NCBI GenBank assembly: GCA_964016885.1
Contig: OZ024765.1
Location: 20,646,001 to 20,710,000 of the forward strand
Length of the DNA stretch: 64,000 nt
Direction of reading: 5' to 3'
Origin: Eledone cirrhosa
Lineage: Eukaryota
Position 1 is the stretch's first letter. Each line of letters starts with the position of its first letter. The translations under genes and the position numbers were made by a program. This document shows positions 54,487 through 64,000 of the stretch, in pieces. A model generated the notes under the pieces. That model was not told the origin of the DNA, did not search any database, and worked only from the letters and a program-made list of their open reading frames with translations.

Positions 54487-56673
54487 ATGCAAATTCTGTC
54501 AAAAGGACTGAAATTCACACCGACTCCAACAGTCAACCACCAAGAACTGAAGGAGGATACCCAAGAATTCTGTCGAAAATTACGTCTTGTAGAATTCTTC
54601 GCTGATAAAAATAATGAGAGTGATGAATCACTAGTAAAGAATAAATCAAATTTCACTCCGCCAAAAGGAAGAAATATCTATCTCGACCAATACATTGACA
54701 TCCTGTCTAAATTTCCTCTTAGACATAATACTAATGTTAGGCCAAACATTAACAAATCAGAAATGTCTGCACTTAAACGTATACAAAAGGATAAAACAAT
54801 AATAATTAAACAAGCAGATAAAGGGGGTGCAGTTGTTATAATGGATACTGAATACTACAAGGATTTGGTTGAGGAACAACTGAAAGACACAACATTCTAT
54901 CATGAAATACCGTCAAATATAGACCACAACATCATGAAGAAGATCAACAACCTGGCTTCAAAATACCACAACTCATTTACTGATAAGGAAAGAGACTACA
55001 TCACCAATTTTGAGCCGAAACCCAGCAACCTGTATGGCCTACCGAAAGTTCACAAGTCAAAAGAAATACAACTGGCAGTAAGAGAACAAAACAGTGAGTA
55101 CATTAAATTATTACACCCAAAAGACTTAAAACTTAGACCTATTATAGCTGGTCCAACATGCCCCACTCACCGTCTAAGCAATTTTGTTGACATTATTTTG
55201 AAACCACTATGTATTCACATACCCAGTTTCATCCGGGATGATATCGACTTCCTGTCCCATCTTCCCAAAACCACGGAAACGAATTCACTTCTACTCAGTT
55301 TTGATGTGGTAAGCCTTTACACCAACATTACACATGATTTAGGAATAAAGGCGGTTAAATACTGGGTGGAAAAACATAGAGAAGTGATTCCCATTAGATT
55401 CACAGCGCCATTTATATTAGACGCAGTTAAACTTATTCTGGAAAACAACACTTTCTTCTTCAATGGAAAGAATTACATCCAAATTAGAGGCACAGCGATG
55501 GGAACGAAGTTTGCTCCCGTTTACGCGAACTCTGTAATGGGATACTTAGAACAACAACTCTACCAAGAAATAGAGGAAAAATATAGTACTGACTTTAGAA
55601 AGTACATTGAAAAATCTTGGAAGAGATACCTTGACGACTGTTTCATCATCTGGACAGAATCTCTAGATACTCTGGATGAGTTCAATATCCTCCTGAATAA
55701 CCTACACCCATCTCTCCAATTCACAAAAGAGATGAGTAGGACCAAATTACCATTCCTAGATATAATGATAATCAAAAACGACACCACCATTACCACGGAT
55801 ATATATTATAAACACACAGACACCCATCAATATCTGAATTTTAAGTCGTGCCATCCACCTCATACAAAACGCAACATCCCATACTGCCTAGCCAGAAGAA
55901 TTTGTACCATTGTAGAAGATACAAATACCAGGTACAAACGCCTAACAGAACTAAGAGAATTTTTGCTCAAACAAAAATACCCATCTCTACTTATAGAAAA
56001 TGGCATACAGCGGGCTATAAAAATACCTATACAACAACTTAGAACAACCCAAAGAAGAAGAAACCAAGAACTGGTCATACCATTTATAATGACACACAAC
56101 CCATGTCACCAGAATATCTTCAACACTGCCAAAGCAAACCTACCGATCATTGCTCAAAGTAATGAATTAAAAGGCTTAATCACAGATCGATCTTTGACTC
56201 TTAGTAAAAGACAGCCAAAAAATTTGAAGCAATTGCTAACAAAAGCAAAGTTTGACCTTAACAACAAAGACCAATCATTCACTGTATCTAAATGCAATGA
56301 TAATCGATGCGGCACATGTCAATCCATACACGCCGGTCAATATATGAAAACAAAAACTGGAAAAATATTCACAAATGCAAATATGAACTGCAAAAGCAGA
56401 AATCTAATTTACTGCATTAAATGCCCGAATTGTGAAGAACTATATGTCGGTCAAACTGGAAATGCACTATCGGAACGTGCACGGGTACACCGTCAACAAA
56501 TCAGAGACCCAAATGTCCGTCAGATACCCCTAAGCGGCCACCTGGCAACATGTGGTCAGGGAATATTTATAATATTCCCATTCTACAAATTACACAGCCC
56601 AAATGAAATCAAGAGAAAAATCAAAGAAAAGAATTTTATTGATAAATTCAAACCCAAGCTAAATGAACAATAA
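54487..56673 (+). CDS. PLE RT-GIY-YIG ORF2, copy in the 5'-truncated unit of the right arm
   Basis: Translation identical to 58691..60877. Confidence 0.95.
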   Translation: MQILSKGLKFTPTPTVNHQELKEDTQEFCRKLRLVEFFADKNNESDESLVKNKSNFTPPKGRNIYLDQYIDILSKFPLRHNTNVRPNINKSEMSALKRIQKDKTIIIKQADKGGAVVIMDTEYYKDLVEEQLKDTTFYHEIPSNIDHNIMKKINNLASKYHNSFTDKERDYITNFEPKPSNLYGLPKVHKSKEIQLAVREQNSEYIKLLHPKDLKLRPIIAGPTCPTHRLSNFVDIILKPLCIHIPSFIRDDIDFLSHLPKTTETNSLLLSFDVVSLYTNITHDLGIKAVKYWVEKHREVIPIRFTAPFILDAVKLILENNTFFFNGKNYIQIRGTAMGTKFAPVYANSVMGYLEQQLYQEIEEKYSTDFRKYIEKSWKRYLDDCFIIWTESLDTLDEFNILLNNLHPSLQFTKEMSRTKLPFLDIMIIKNDTTITTDIYYKHTDTHQYLNFKSCHPPHTKRNIPYCLARRICTIVEDTNTRYKRLTELREFLLKQKYPSLLIENGIQRAIKIPIQQLRTTQRRRNQELVIPFIMTHNPCHQNIFNTAKANLPIIAQSNELKGLITDRSLTLSKRQPKNLKQLLTKAKFDLNNKDQSFTVSKCNDNRCGTCQSIHAGQYMKTKTGKIFTNANMNCKSRNLIYCIKCPNCEELYVGQTGNALSERARVHRQQIRDPNVRQIPLSGHLATCGQGIFIIFPFYKLHSPNEIKRKIKEKNFIDKFKPKLNEQ

Positions 56674-56840
56674 TAACGCCTAGGGGTATTACTTCTACTA
56701 CCACTATGACCACGACCACTAACAACAACAACAACAACAATAATAATAATAATAAAAGTGATGTTGATGGTGATGATTAATAGAAAATGCTATTTTCATC
56801 ATTTCAAAAAAGCAAAACAATTGATACGTTGGATATGACT

Positions 56841-56985
56841 ATTGGTCGTTAGCATGTTCAACCAGCCGTGACGCTTAAACCAATCAGCTGTAGTAATTCA
56901 GTGAAACTACACACTGATTGGTCGAAATATAGTTTACAGGGCTTTGCATTCTGGAGCCACTTTTCTCTGTATAAAATGTATAAAA
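56841..56985 (+). promoter_or_regulatory. Putative Pol II promoter in the PLE 3'UTR/pLTR (3 CCAAT/ATTGG boxes, two TATAAAA)
   Basis: ATTGG 56841, CCAAT 56880, ATTGG 56917, TATAAAA 56970 and 56979, upstream of the HHR and ORF1 of the next unit. Confidence 0.5.
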
Positions 56986-57048
56986 GGTAGGAAATTTACC
57001 CATCTCATTACAGTTGAAAATTGCAAACTCGACTGTCACCACATATCA

Positions 57049-57087
57049 TGAACCTGAAGATTGCGAAAGCATGAAAGTACTTGTTCA
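57049..57087 (+). ncRNA. Minimal type I hammerhead ribozyme in the PLE pLTR (also 61253-61291 +, 46674-46712 -, 50878-50916 -)
   Basis: TGAAC-CTGAAGA-TTGCgaaaGCAT-GAAA-GTAC-TT-GTTCA: stem I, core boxes, GAAA-capped stem II, palindromic mini stem III. Confidence 0.85.
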
Positions 57088-57293
57088 ATTAACACTTAGA
57101 ATTTAATATTCTATCATACTATTTCATTATAATACCATTATATATATTTTAAAGGATTGTAAATAAAACGAGTAAATCAGACAAAGTTGGAATTCCTCTT
57201 ATTAATATAATCTTCTATACACAATCATACACACCCGTGTATATTTACCTATCTATATCTATATATATATATTCCTATTGTGTATATGCCAAC

Positions 57294-58643
57294 ATGTCTG
57301 GAAAGCAACAAATGAAACCAACAGAATCAGAAAGAATTCTAAAGGAGATATCATCGAAATTATCAACACTTATCACGATGATGGACACACAATCCTCTAT
57401 TTTAAAGGAAATAGAAAAACAATCTACAGACGGAAAACTTATAACTGAACATATAAACTCTGAAATTAAGAATTTAGCTGAAATTATACCAACAGTTATC
57501 AAAGATACAAGAGAAAGCCTACCACAACCCCCTTGGATGTCAGAAATAAACGAAAGAAATTTGGAAAACAAAACACATCGAATAAGAAAAGAAATGTGGA
57601 AGACATGGAAAAAATTCCTTAACATAAGAAAACAAAATTTCTGGAAAGCATACAGATGCGAAAAATATGTCGAAACACATTCGAAATGGCTCTCTCTAAC
57701 GGCACCCATACTCCCTCGTAAATACCTAATTACAGAAATTGCAGGAGAACCAGAAGAAGAAACAAAACTCCGATGGGAACTTACATTGACAAAATTCAGG
57801 ACCGACATCTCCATTTCTGAATGTAAACATTCCCGCTACAAAGCCAAATATGAAGCTATTGATGACCAAATTGAAGTTGAAATTTCAAAGCTAACGACTG
57901 GTATTATAGCTGAAAAACTACGAGAACTATGGATCGGAGATATCTCAAAAGAAGAAAACAAATCAAGAAAGGTATGGCAGCAGAAACAATTATTTCTCGA
58001 TGAATATGCTGCAAATTACGGTAAAGACTCTGGAACCCTGAGAAAAAGCATTAAAAGTGGACAATCTCATCAACACAACATACGCCAGAACACGTGCCAA
58101 CACAAACACTCACCTTACCTTGAATCAAAGAAGAACTACGGTAATAACTCTTCGCTTTTTCTACAAAAACACCCTATCGCACACAACATGAACAAAAAGC
58201 ACAAACACGATAGGTATTCCTTTGACCAGACCATGAGAAGTAGTAAAACCAGGAGATCATTCTCAAGATCTCAACAGAGACTACCAACAAGGAATGTGGA
58301 AACAAAACGTAGAATAACCAGATCACTCTCAAGATCTCAACAGAGATTGCCCACAAGAAACTGGACGAAAAAACGATCTAAACCTGAAAGCAAACCTAGG
58401 TCATTTTCCCAGATTGTTAAAAATAATGCTAACAGGAAGAAAAATAATATACAGAATACCAAAAATAGGACAAAATACATAACGAAACCAAATATAATAT
58501 CACGACCAAAAGTTCATCAAGCGAACACCAACAGGAATATAAATCCTGAACAGAGAAAAATTCATTTTTTAACGTCAGGACAACAAAAACCGGAAAAAGA
58601 AAAACTCCAGGAGGAAACATACCCAAAACAGCTGTACACGTAG
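57294..58643 (+). CDS. PLE ORF1, 449 aa from MSGKQQ: helical/coiled-coil-like N-terminus and basic R/S/K/N-rich C-terminus
   Basis: ATG in gccaacATG context; long open frame in AT-rich DNA; overlaps the ORF2 frame; function inferred only. Confidence 0.85.
   Translation: MSGKQQMKPTESERILKEISSKLSTLITMMDTQSSILKEIEKQSTDGKLITEHINSEIKNLAEIIPTVIKDTRESLPQPPWMSEINERNLENKTHRIRKEMWKTWKKFLNIRKQNFWKAYRCEKYVETHSKWLSLTAPILPRKYLITEIAGEPEEETKLRWELTLTKFRTDISISECKHSRYKAKYEAIDDQIEVEISKLTTGIIAEKLRELWIGDISKEENKSRKVWQQKQLFLDEYAANYGKDSGTLRKSIKSGQSHQHNIRQNTCQHKHSPYLESKKNYGNNSSLFLQKHPIAHNMNKKHKHDRYSFDQTMRSSKTRRSFSRSQQRLPTRNVETKRRITRSLSRSQQRLPTRNWTKKRSKPESKPRSFSQIVKNNANRKKNNIQNTKNRTKYITKPNIISRPKVHQANTNRNINPEQRKIHFLTSGQQKPEKEKLQEETYPKQLYT
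58565..58571 (+). promoter_or_regulatory. Candidate -1 ribosomal frameshift slippery heptamer U_UUU_UUA (also 54361-54367 +, 49394-49400 -, 53598-53604 -)
   Basis: ORF1 codons CAT TTT TTA; the -1 frame is ORF2, which opens after a TGA five codons upstream. Confidence 0.75.
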
Positions 58644-58690
58644 ATCCTAAAATAATTAATTTATCTAAAAGAGATCTTGACAATGATGAA

Positions 58691-60877
58691 ATGCAAATTC
58701 TGTCAAAAGGACTGAAATTCACACCGACTCCAACAGTCAACCACCAAGAACTGAAGGAGGATACCCAAGAATTCTGTCGAAAATTACGTCTTGTAGAATT
58801 CTTCGCTGATAAAAATAATGAGAGTGATGAATCACTAGTAAAGAATAAATCAAATTTCACTCCGCCAAAAGGAAGAAATATCTATCTCGACCAATACATT
58901 GACATCCTGTCTAAATTTCCTCTTAGACATAATACTAATGTTAGGCCAAACATTAACAAATCAGAAATGTCTGCACTTAAACGTATACAAAAGGATAAAA
59001 CAATAATAATTAAACAAGCAGATAAAGGGGGTGCAGTTGTTATAATGGATACTGAATACTACAAGGATTTGGTTGAGGAACAACTGAAAGACACAACATT
59101 CTATCATGAAATACCGTCAAATATAGACCACAACATCATGAAGAAGATCAACAACCTGGCTTCAAAATACCACAACTCATTTACTGATAAGGAAAGAGAC
59201 TACATCACCAATTTTGAGCCGAAACCCAGCAACCTGTATGGCCTACCGAAAGTTCACAAGTCAAAAGAAATACAACTGGCAGTAAGAGAACAAAACAGTG
59301 AGTACATTAAATTATTACACCCAAAAGACTTAAAACTTAGACCTATTATAGCTGGTCCAACATGCCCCACTCACCGTCTAAGCAATTTTGTTGACATTAT
59401 TTTGAAACCACTATGTATTCACATACCCAGTTTCATCCGGGATGATATCGACTTCCTGTCCCATCTTCCCAAAACCACGGAAACGAATTCACTTCTACTC
59501 AGTTTTGATGTGGTAAGCCTTTACACCAACATTACACATGATTTAGGAATAAAGGCGGTTAAATACTGGGTGGAAAAACATAGAGAAGTGATTCCCATTA
59601 GATTCACAGCGCCATTTATATTAGACGCAGTTAAACTTATTCTGGAAAACAACACTTTCTTCTTCAATGGAAAGAATTACATCCAAATTAGAGGCACAGC
59701 GATGGGAACGAAGTTTGCTCCCGTTTACGCGAACTCTGTAATGGGATACTTAGAACAACAACTCTACCAAGAAATAGAGGAAAAATATAGTACTGACTTT
59801 AGAAAGTACATTGAAAAATCTTGGAAGAGATACCTTGACGACTGTTTCATCATCTGGACAGAATCTCTAGATACTCTGGATGAGTTCAATATCCTCCTGA
59901 ATAACCTACACCCATCTCTCCAATTCACAAAAGAGATGAGTAGGACCAAATTACCATTCCTAGATATAATGATAATCAAAAACGACACCACCATTACCAC
60001 GGATATATATTATAAACACACAGACACCCATCAATATCTGAATTTTAAGTCGTGCCATCCACCTCATACAAAACGCAACATCCCATACTGCCTAGCCAGA
60101 AGAATTTGTACCATTGTAGAAGATACAAATACCAGGTACAAACGCCTAACAGAACTAAGAGAATTTTTGCTCAAACAAAAATACCCATCTCTACTTATAG
60201 AAAATGGCATACAGCGGGCTATAAAAATACCTATACAACAACTTAGAACAACCCAAAGAAGAAGAAACCAAGAACTGGTCATACCATTTATAATGACACA
60301 CAACCCATGTCACCAGAATATCTTCAACACTGCCAAAGCAAACCTACCGATCATTGCTCAAAGTAATGAATTAAAAGGCTTAATCACAGATCGATCTTTG
60401 ACTCTTAGTAAAAGACAGCCAAAAAATTTGAAGCAATTGCTAACAAAAGCAAAGTTTGACCTTAACAACAAAGACCAATCATTCACTGTATCTAAATGCA
60501 ATGATAATCGATGCGGCACATGTCAATCCATACACGCCGGTCAATATATGAAAACAAAAACTGGAAAAATATTCACAAATGCAAATATGAACTGCAAAAG
60601 CAGAAATCTAATTTACTGCATTAAATGCCCGAATTGTGAAGAACTATATGTCGGTCAAACTGGAAATGCACTATCGGAACGTGCACGGGTACACCGTCAA
60701 CAAATCAGAGACCCAAATGTCCGTCAGATACCCCTAAGCGGCCACCTGGCAACATGTGGTCAGGGAATATTTATAATATTCCCATTCTACAAATTACACA
60801 GCCCAAATGAAATCAAGAGAAAAATCAAAGAAAAGAATTTTATTGATAAATTCAAACCCAAGCTAAATGAACAATAA
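58691..60877 (+). CDS. PLE reverse transcriptase + C-terminal GIY-YIG endonuclease (ORF2; frame open upstream from about 58550)
   Basis: LYGLPKVHK, LRPIIA, SFDVVSLYTN, GTAMG, RYLDDCF, LPFLD, YYKHT RT motifs; CNDNRCGTC linker; NLIYCIKCPNCEELYVGQT..R...H GIY-YIG. Confidence 0.96.
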   Translation: MQILSKGLKFTPTPTVNHQELKEDTQEFCRKLRLVEFFADKNNESDESLVKNKSNFTPPKGRNIYLDQYIDILSKFPLRHNTNVRPNINKSEMSALKRIQKDKTIIIKQADKGGAVVIMDTEYYKDLVEEQLKDTTFYHEIPSNIDHNIMKKINNLASKYHNSFTDKERDYITNFEPKPSNLYGLPKVHKSKEIQLAVREQNSEYIKLLHPKDLKLRPIIAGPTCPTHRLSNFVDIILKPLCIHIPSFIRDDIDFLSHLPKTTETNSLLLSFDVVSLYTNITHDLGIKAVKYWVEKHREVIPIRFTAPFILDAVKLILENNTFFFNGKNYIQIRGTAMGTKFAPVYANSVMGYLEQQLYQEIEEKYSTDFRKYIEKSWKRYLDDCFIIWTESLDTLDEFNILLNNLHPSLQFTKEMSRTKLPFLDIMIIKNDTTITTDIYYKHTDTHQYLNFKSCHPPHTKRNIPYCLARRICTIVEDTNTRYKRLTELREFLLKQKYPSLLIENGIQRAIKIPIQQLRTTQRRRNQELVIPFIMTHNPCHQNIFNTAKANLPIIAQSNELKGLITDRSLTLSKRQPKNLKQLLTKAKFDLNNKDQSFTVSKCNDNRCGTCQSIHAGQYMKTKTGKIFTNANMNCKSRNLIYCIKCPNCEELYVGQTGNALSERARVHRQQIRDPNVRQIPLSGHLATCGQGIFIIFPFYKLHSPNEIKRKIKEKNFIDKFKPKLNEQ

Positions 60878-61685
60878 TAACGCCTAGGGGTATTACTTCT
60901 ACTACCACTATGACCACGACCACTAACAACAACAACAACAACAATAATAATAATAATAAAAGTGATGTTGATGGTGATGATTAATAGAAAATGCTATTTT
61001 CATCATTTCAAAAAAGCAAAACAATTGATACGTTGGATATGACTATTGGTCGTTAGCATGTTCAACCAGCCGTGACGCTTAAACCAATCAGCTGTAGTAA
61101 TTCAGTGAAACTACACACTGATTGGTCGAAATATAGTTTACAGGGCTTTGCATTCTGGAGCCACTTTTCTCTGTATAAAATGTATAAAAGGTAGGAAATT
61201 TACCCATCTCATTACAGTTGAAAATTGCAAACTCGACTGTCACCACATATCATGAACCTGAAGATTGCGAAAGCATGAAAGTACTTGTTCAATTAACACT
61301 TAGAATTTAATATTCTATCATACTATTTCATTATAATACCATTATATATATTTTAAAGGATTGTAAATAAAACGAGTAAATCAGACAAAGTTGGAATTCC
61401 TCTTATTAATATAATCTTCTATACACAATCATACACACCCGTGTATATTTACCTATCTATATCTATATATATATATACATATATATATGTATATATATAC
61501 ATATATATGTATATATATACATATATATATATATGTAGATATGTATATATATATTCATATATTTATGTATACATATATATATATATGTATATATATATAT
61601 GTATATATATATAAATATATATATGTATACATATATATATATGTATATATATATATATATGTATATATATATACATATATATATG

Positions 61686-61717
<32 letters not shown>

Positions 61718-62353
61718 CGTATATATACATATATATACATATATATATGTAAATATATATACATATATATACATATATATATATGTATATATATATACAT
61801 ATATATACATATATATATGTATATATATATATACATATATATATGTATATATATATATATATAAATGTATATATATATATGTATATATATGTATATATAT
61901 ACATATATATATAAGTATATATATATATATCTACATATATATATGTATATATATATACATATATATATATGTATATATACATATATATACATATACATAT
62001 ATGTATATATACATATATATATACATATATGTATATATACATATATATATACATATATGTATATATACATATATATATACATATATATATGTATATATAT
62101 ATATATACATATATATATATGTATATATATATATACATATATATATATGTATATATACATATATATACATATACATATATGTATATATACATATATATAT
62201 ATACATATATATATATGTATATATATATATACATATACATTTATATATATACATATATATATATATACATATACATTTATATATATAAAATATATACATG
62301 TATATATATATATACATATATATATACATATATATATACATATATATATATAT

Positions 62354-62938
62354 AGGGGTTGGACAAAATAATGGAAACACCTAGCATCATAGCATCATAA
62401 TTTTGGAATATCTATAAAACCGTCAAAAGCTTGTTTATTTTTATGTTTTTTGAATTATTATTAGTGTTGCTTAATATGTTTTGTTAAAATTGCTGTTTCT
62501 TTTCAGCTATCATCAGAAAAAGGTAATTAAAATTCATTAAATGTCAGATCTATTGGACTTTCAAAGAGGTCAAATTGTTGGTGCTCGTATGGCAGGCGCT
62601 GGCGTAACGAAAACAGCCGAAATGTTTGGTGTATGAAGAGGTACTGTCTCGAAATAATTGTTTCTACTTTAGGCACAAGGCCAGCAATTATCCAGTGTAT
62701 TACTGGTACTTTATTTTATCGACCCACGTAAGGATGAAAGGCAAAGTTAACCTCGGCGGGATTTGAACTCAGACTGTAAAGGGACGTAACTATGCTAGAA
62801 AGCATGGCGTCCGACCCTCTACCGATACTGCCAATTCCCCGCCCTTTGTCTCGAAGTAATGCCAGCCTTTGAGAAAGAGGGAAAACCCTCCTCGTCGAAA
62901 CAAAACTCCGGAAGAAAACAAAAATTTTCAGATAGGGA
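62354..62938 (+). mobile_element. Tc1/mariner 5' fragment (TIR + transposase HTH pseudogene from ATG 62541), interrupted by a SINE
   Basis: TA|GGGGTTGGACAAAATAATGGAAACAC terminus; MSDLLDFQRGQIVGARMAGAGVTKTAEMFGV*RGTVSK...GKPSSSKQNSGRK. Confidence 0.82.
62655..62845 (-). mobile_element. tRNA-derived SINE family 1, inserted in the Tc1 fragment with duplicated tgtctcgaa
   Basis: A box TGGCAGTATCGG and B box GAGTTCAAATCC on minus; other copies at about 1715-1930, 8300-8445, 9825-9935, 16755-17095, 17105-17268(+), 23703-23870(+), 24563-24663, 35945-36115. Confidence 0.85.
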
Positions 62939-64000
62939 AATAAAATATACTTGATCACAAGAATATCTATTATACATATTTCAGAGGTATTGAGTTCAGT
63001 TAAGCAGTACGTCCTCATCAGATAAAATAAGATGATGCATGACATACCCTGACATAGCAGATGGTTAAGATTCAGTCATGGTAGTCTTTACCATCTGCTA
63101 TGTCAGGGTATGTCATGCATCATCTTATTTTATCTGATGAGGATGTACGTACTGTTGAACTTAACTCAGTACCTCTGGAATATGTATAATAAAATATACT
63201 TGATCACAAGAATATCTATTTTGTTAATATTTGAATTTTAATATATATATATATATATATAGATATATATATATAAAACTGTGGCCATGCTGGAGCACAA
63301 CCTTATATATGTAATATATATAACCACCACCACCACACCACAACGCCACCACCACCACCACCACACCGCAACACCACCACCACCACAACACCACCACCAC
63401 CACTACACCACCACACCACCACCACACCACCACCACACCACAACCACCACTACACCACCACCACTACACCATTACCACCACCGCCGCCACTACACCACCA
63501 CCACCACCACCGCCGCCACCACCACCGCCGCCACTACACCACCACCACTACACCACCACCACCGCCACTACACCACCACCGCCGCCACTACACCACCACC
63601 ACCACCACCGCCGCCACCACCACCACCGCCACTACACCACCACCACCGCCACTACACCACCACCGCCGCCACTACACCACCACCACCACTACACCACCAC
63701 ACCACCACCGCCACTACACCACCGCCACCACCACACCACAACCACCACCACCACCGCCACTACACCACCACCACCGCCGCCACTACACCACCACCGCCGC
63801 CACTACACCACCACCAAACATAAAGCAAAGTAAGAATGTTTATATATATTGATCACTCAACTTACTACAACAGTTGATTGATGTCTATTGATCAGTATCG
63901 ATCTTTATTGATCTGAATCGATGTCTATTGATCTGTATTGATCTGTATTGATTGGATGTTGCAATTGACTGCTGTTTTAGGGTTGTACCTGACTGAAGAA

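Larger units (their letters stand above)
46552..61476. mobile_element. Tandem + inverted array of a 4204-bp Penelope-like retroelement (EN+, probably Neptune clade): left arm 46552-53784 on minus, right arm 53786-61476 on plus
   Basis: Four near-identical RT ORFs spaced 4204 bp within each arm; mirror symmetry (coordinates sum to 107965); both outer ends run into (AT)n. Confidence 0.96.

Noticed and set aside
54487-56673. Telomerase RT, or a Naiad/Chlamys or selenoprotein-type PLE
   Set aside because: The GIY-YIG domain is C-terminal, there is no in-frame TGA and no TERT-specific domains; this is a C-terminal EN+ PLE.

Overview
Repeat-rich eukaryotic genomic DNA. The (AT)n/(CAT)n tracts, RTE LINEs and tRNA-derived SINEs suggest an octopus-like cephalopod, which is an inference. 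The left half holds one host gene on the minus strand: a 9-coding-exon NDUFA10 (complex I 42-kDa subunit, 397 aa reconstructed by hand, 27289->2103), with one GC-AG intron and a 200-N gap in intron 3. The right half is dominated by a very young 14.9-kb tandem-plus-inverted array of a 4204-bp Penelope-like retroelement (RT + C-terminal GIY-YIG, Neptune-type Cys linker). Unusually, this element has a separate 449-aa ORF1 linked to the RT ORF by an in-frame U_UUU_UUA -1 frameshift signal, and it carries a hammerhead ribozyme (HHR) in its pLTR. The window also holds at least four unrelated non-coding HHR repeat families (retrozyme-like). These include a 13-copy 310-bp array and a family with a U3-A8 core variant. 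All show the same architecture: left arm on minus, right arm on plus, 3' ends pointing outward, mostly into (AT)n. Most long ORFs in the ORF track are microsatellite artefacts.
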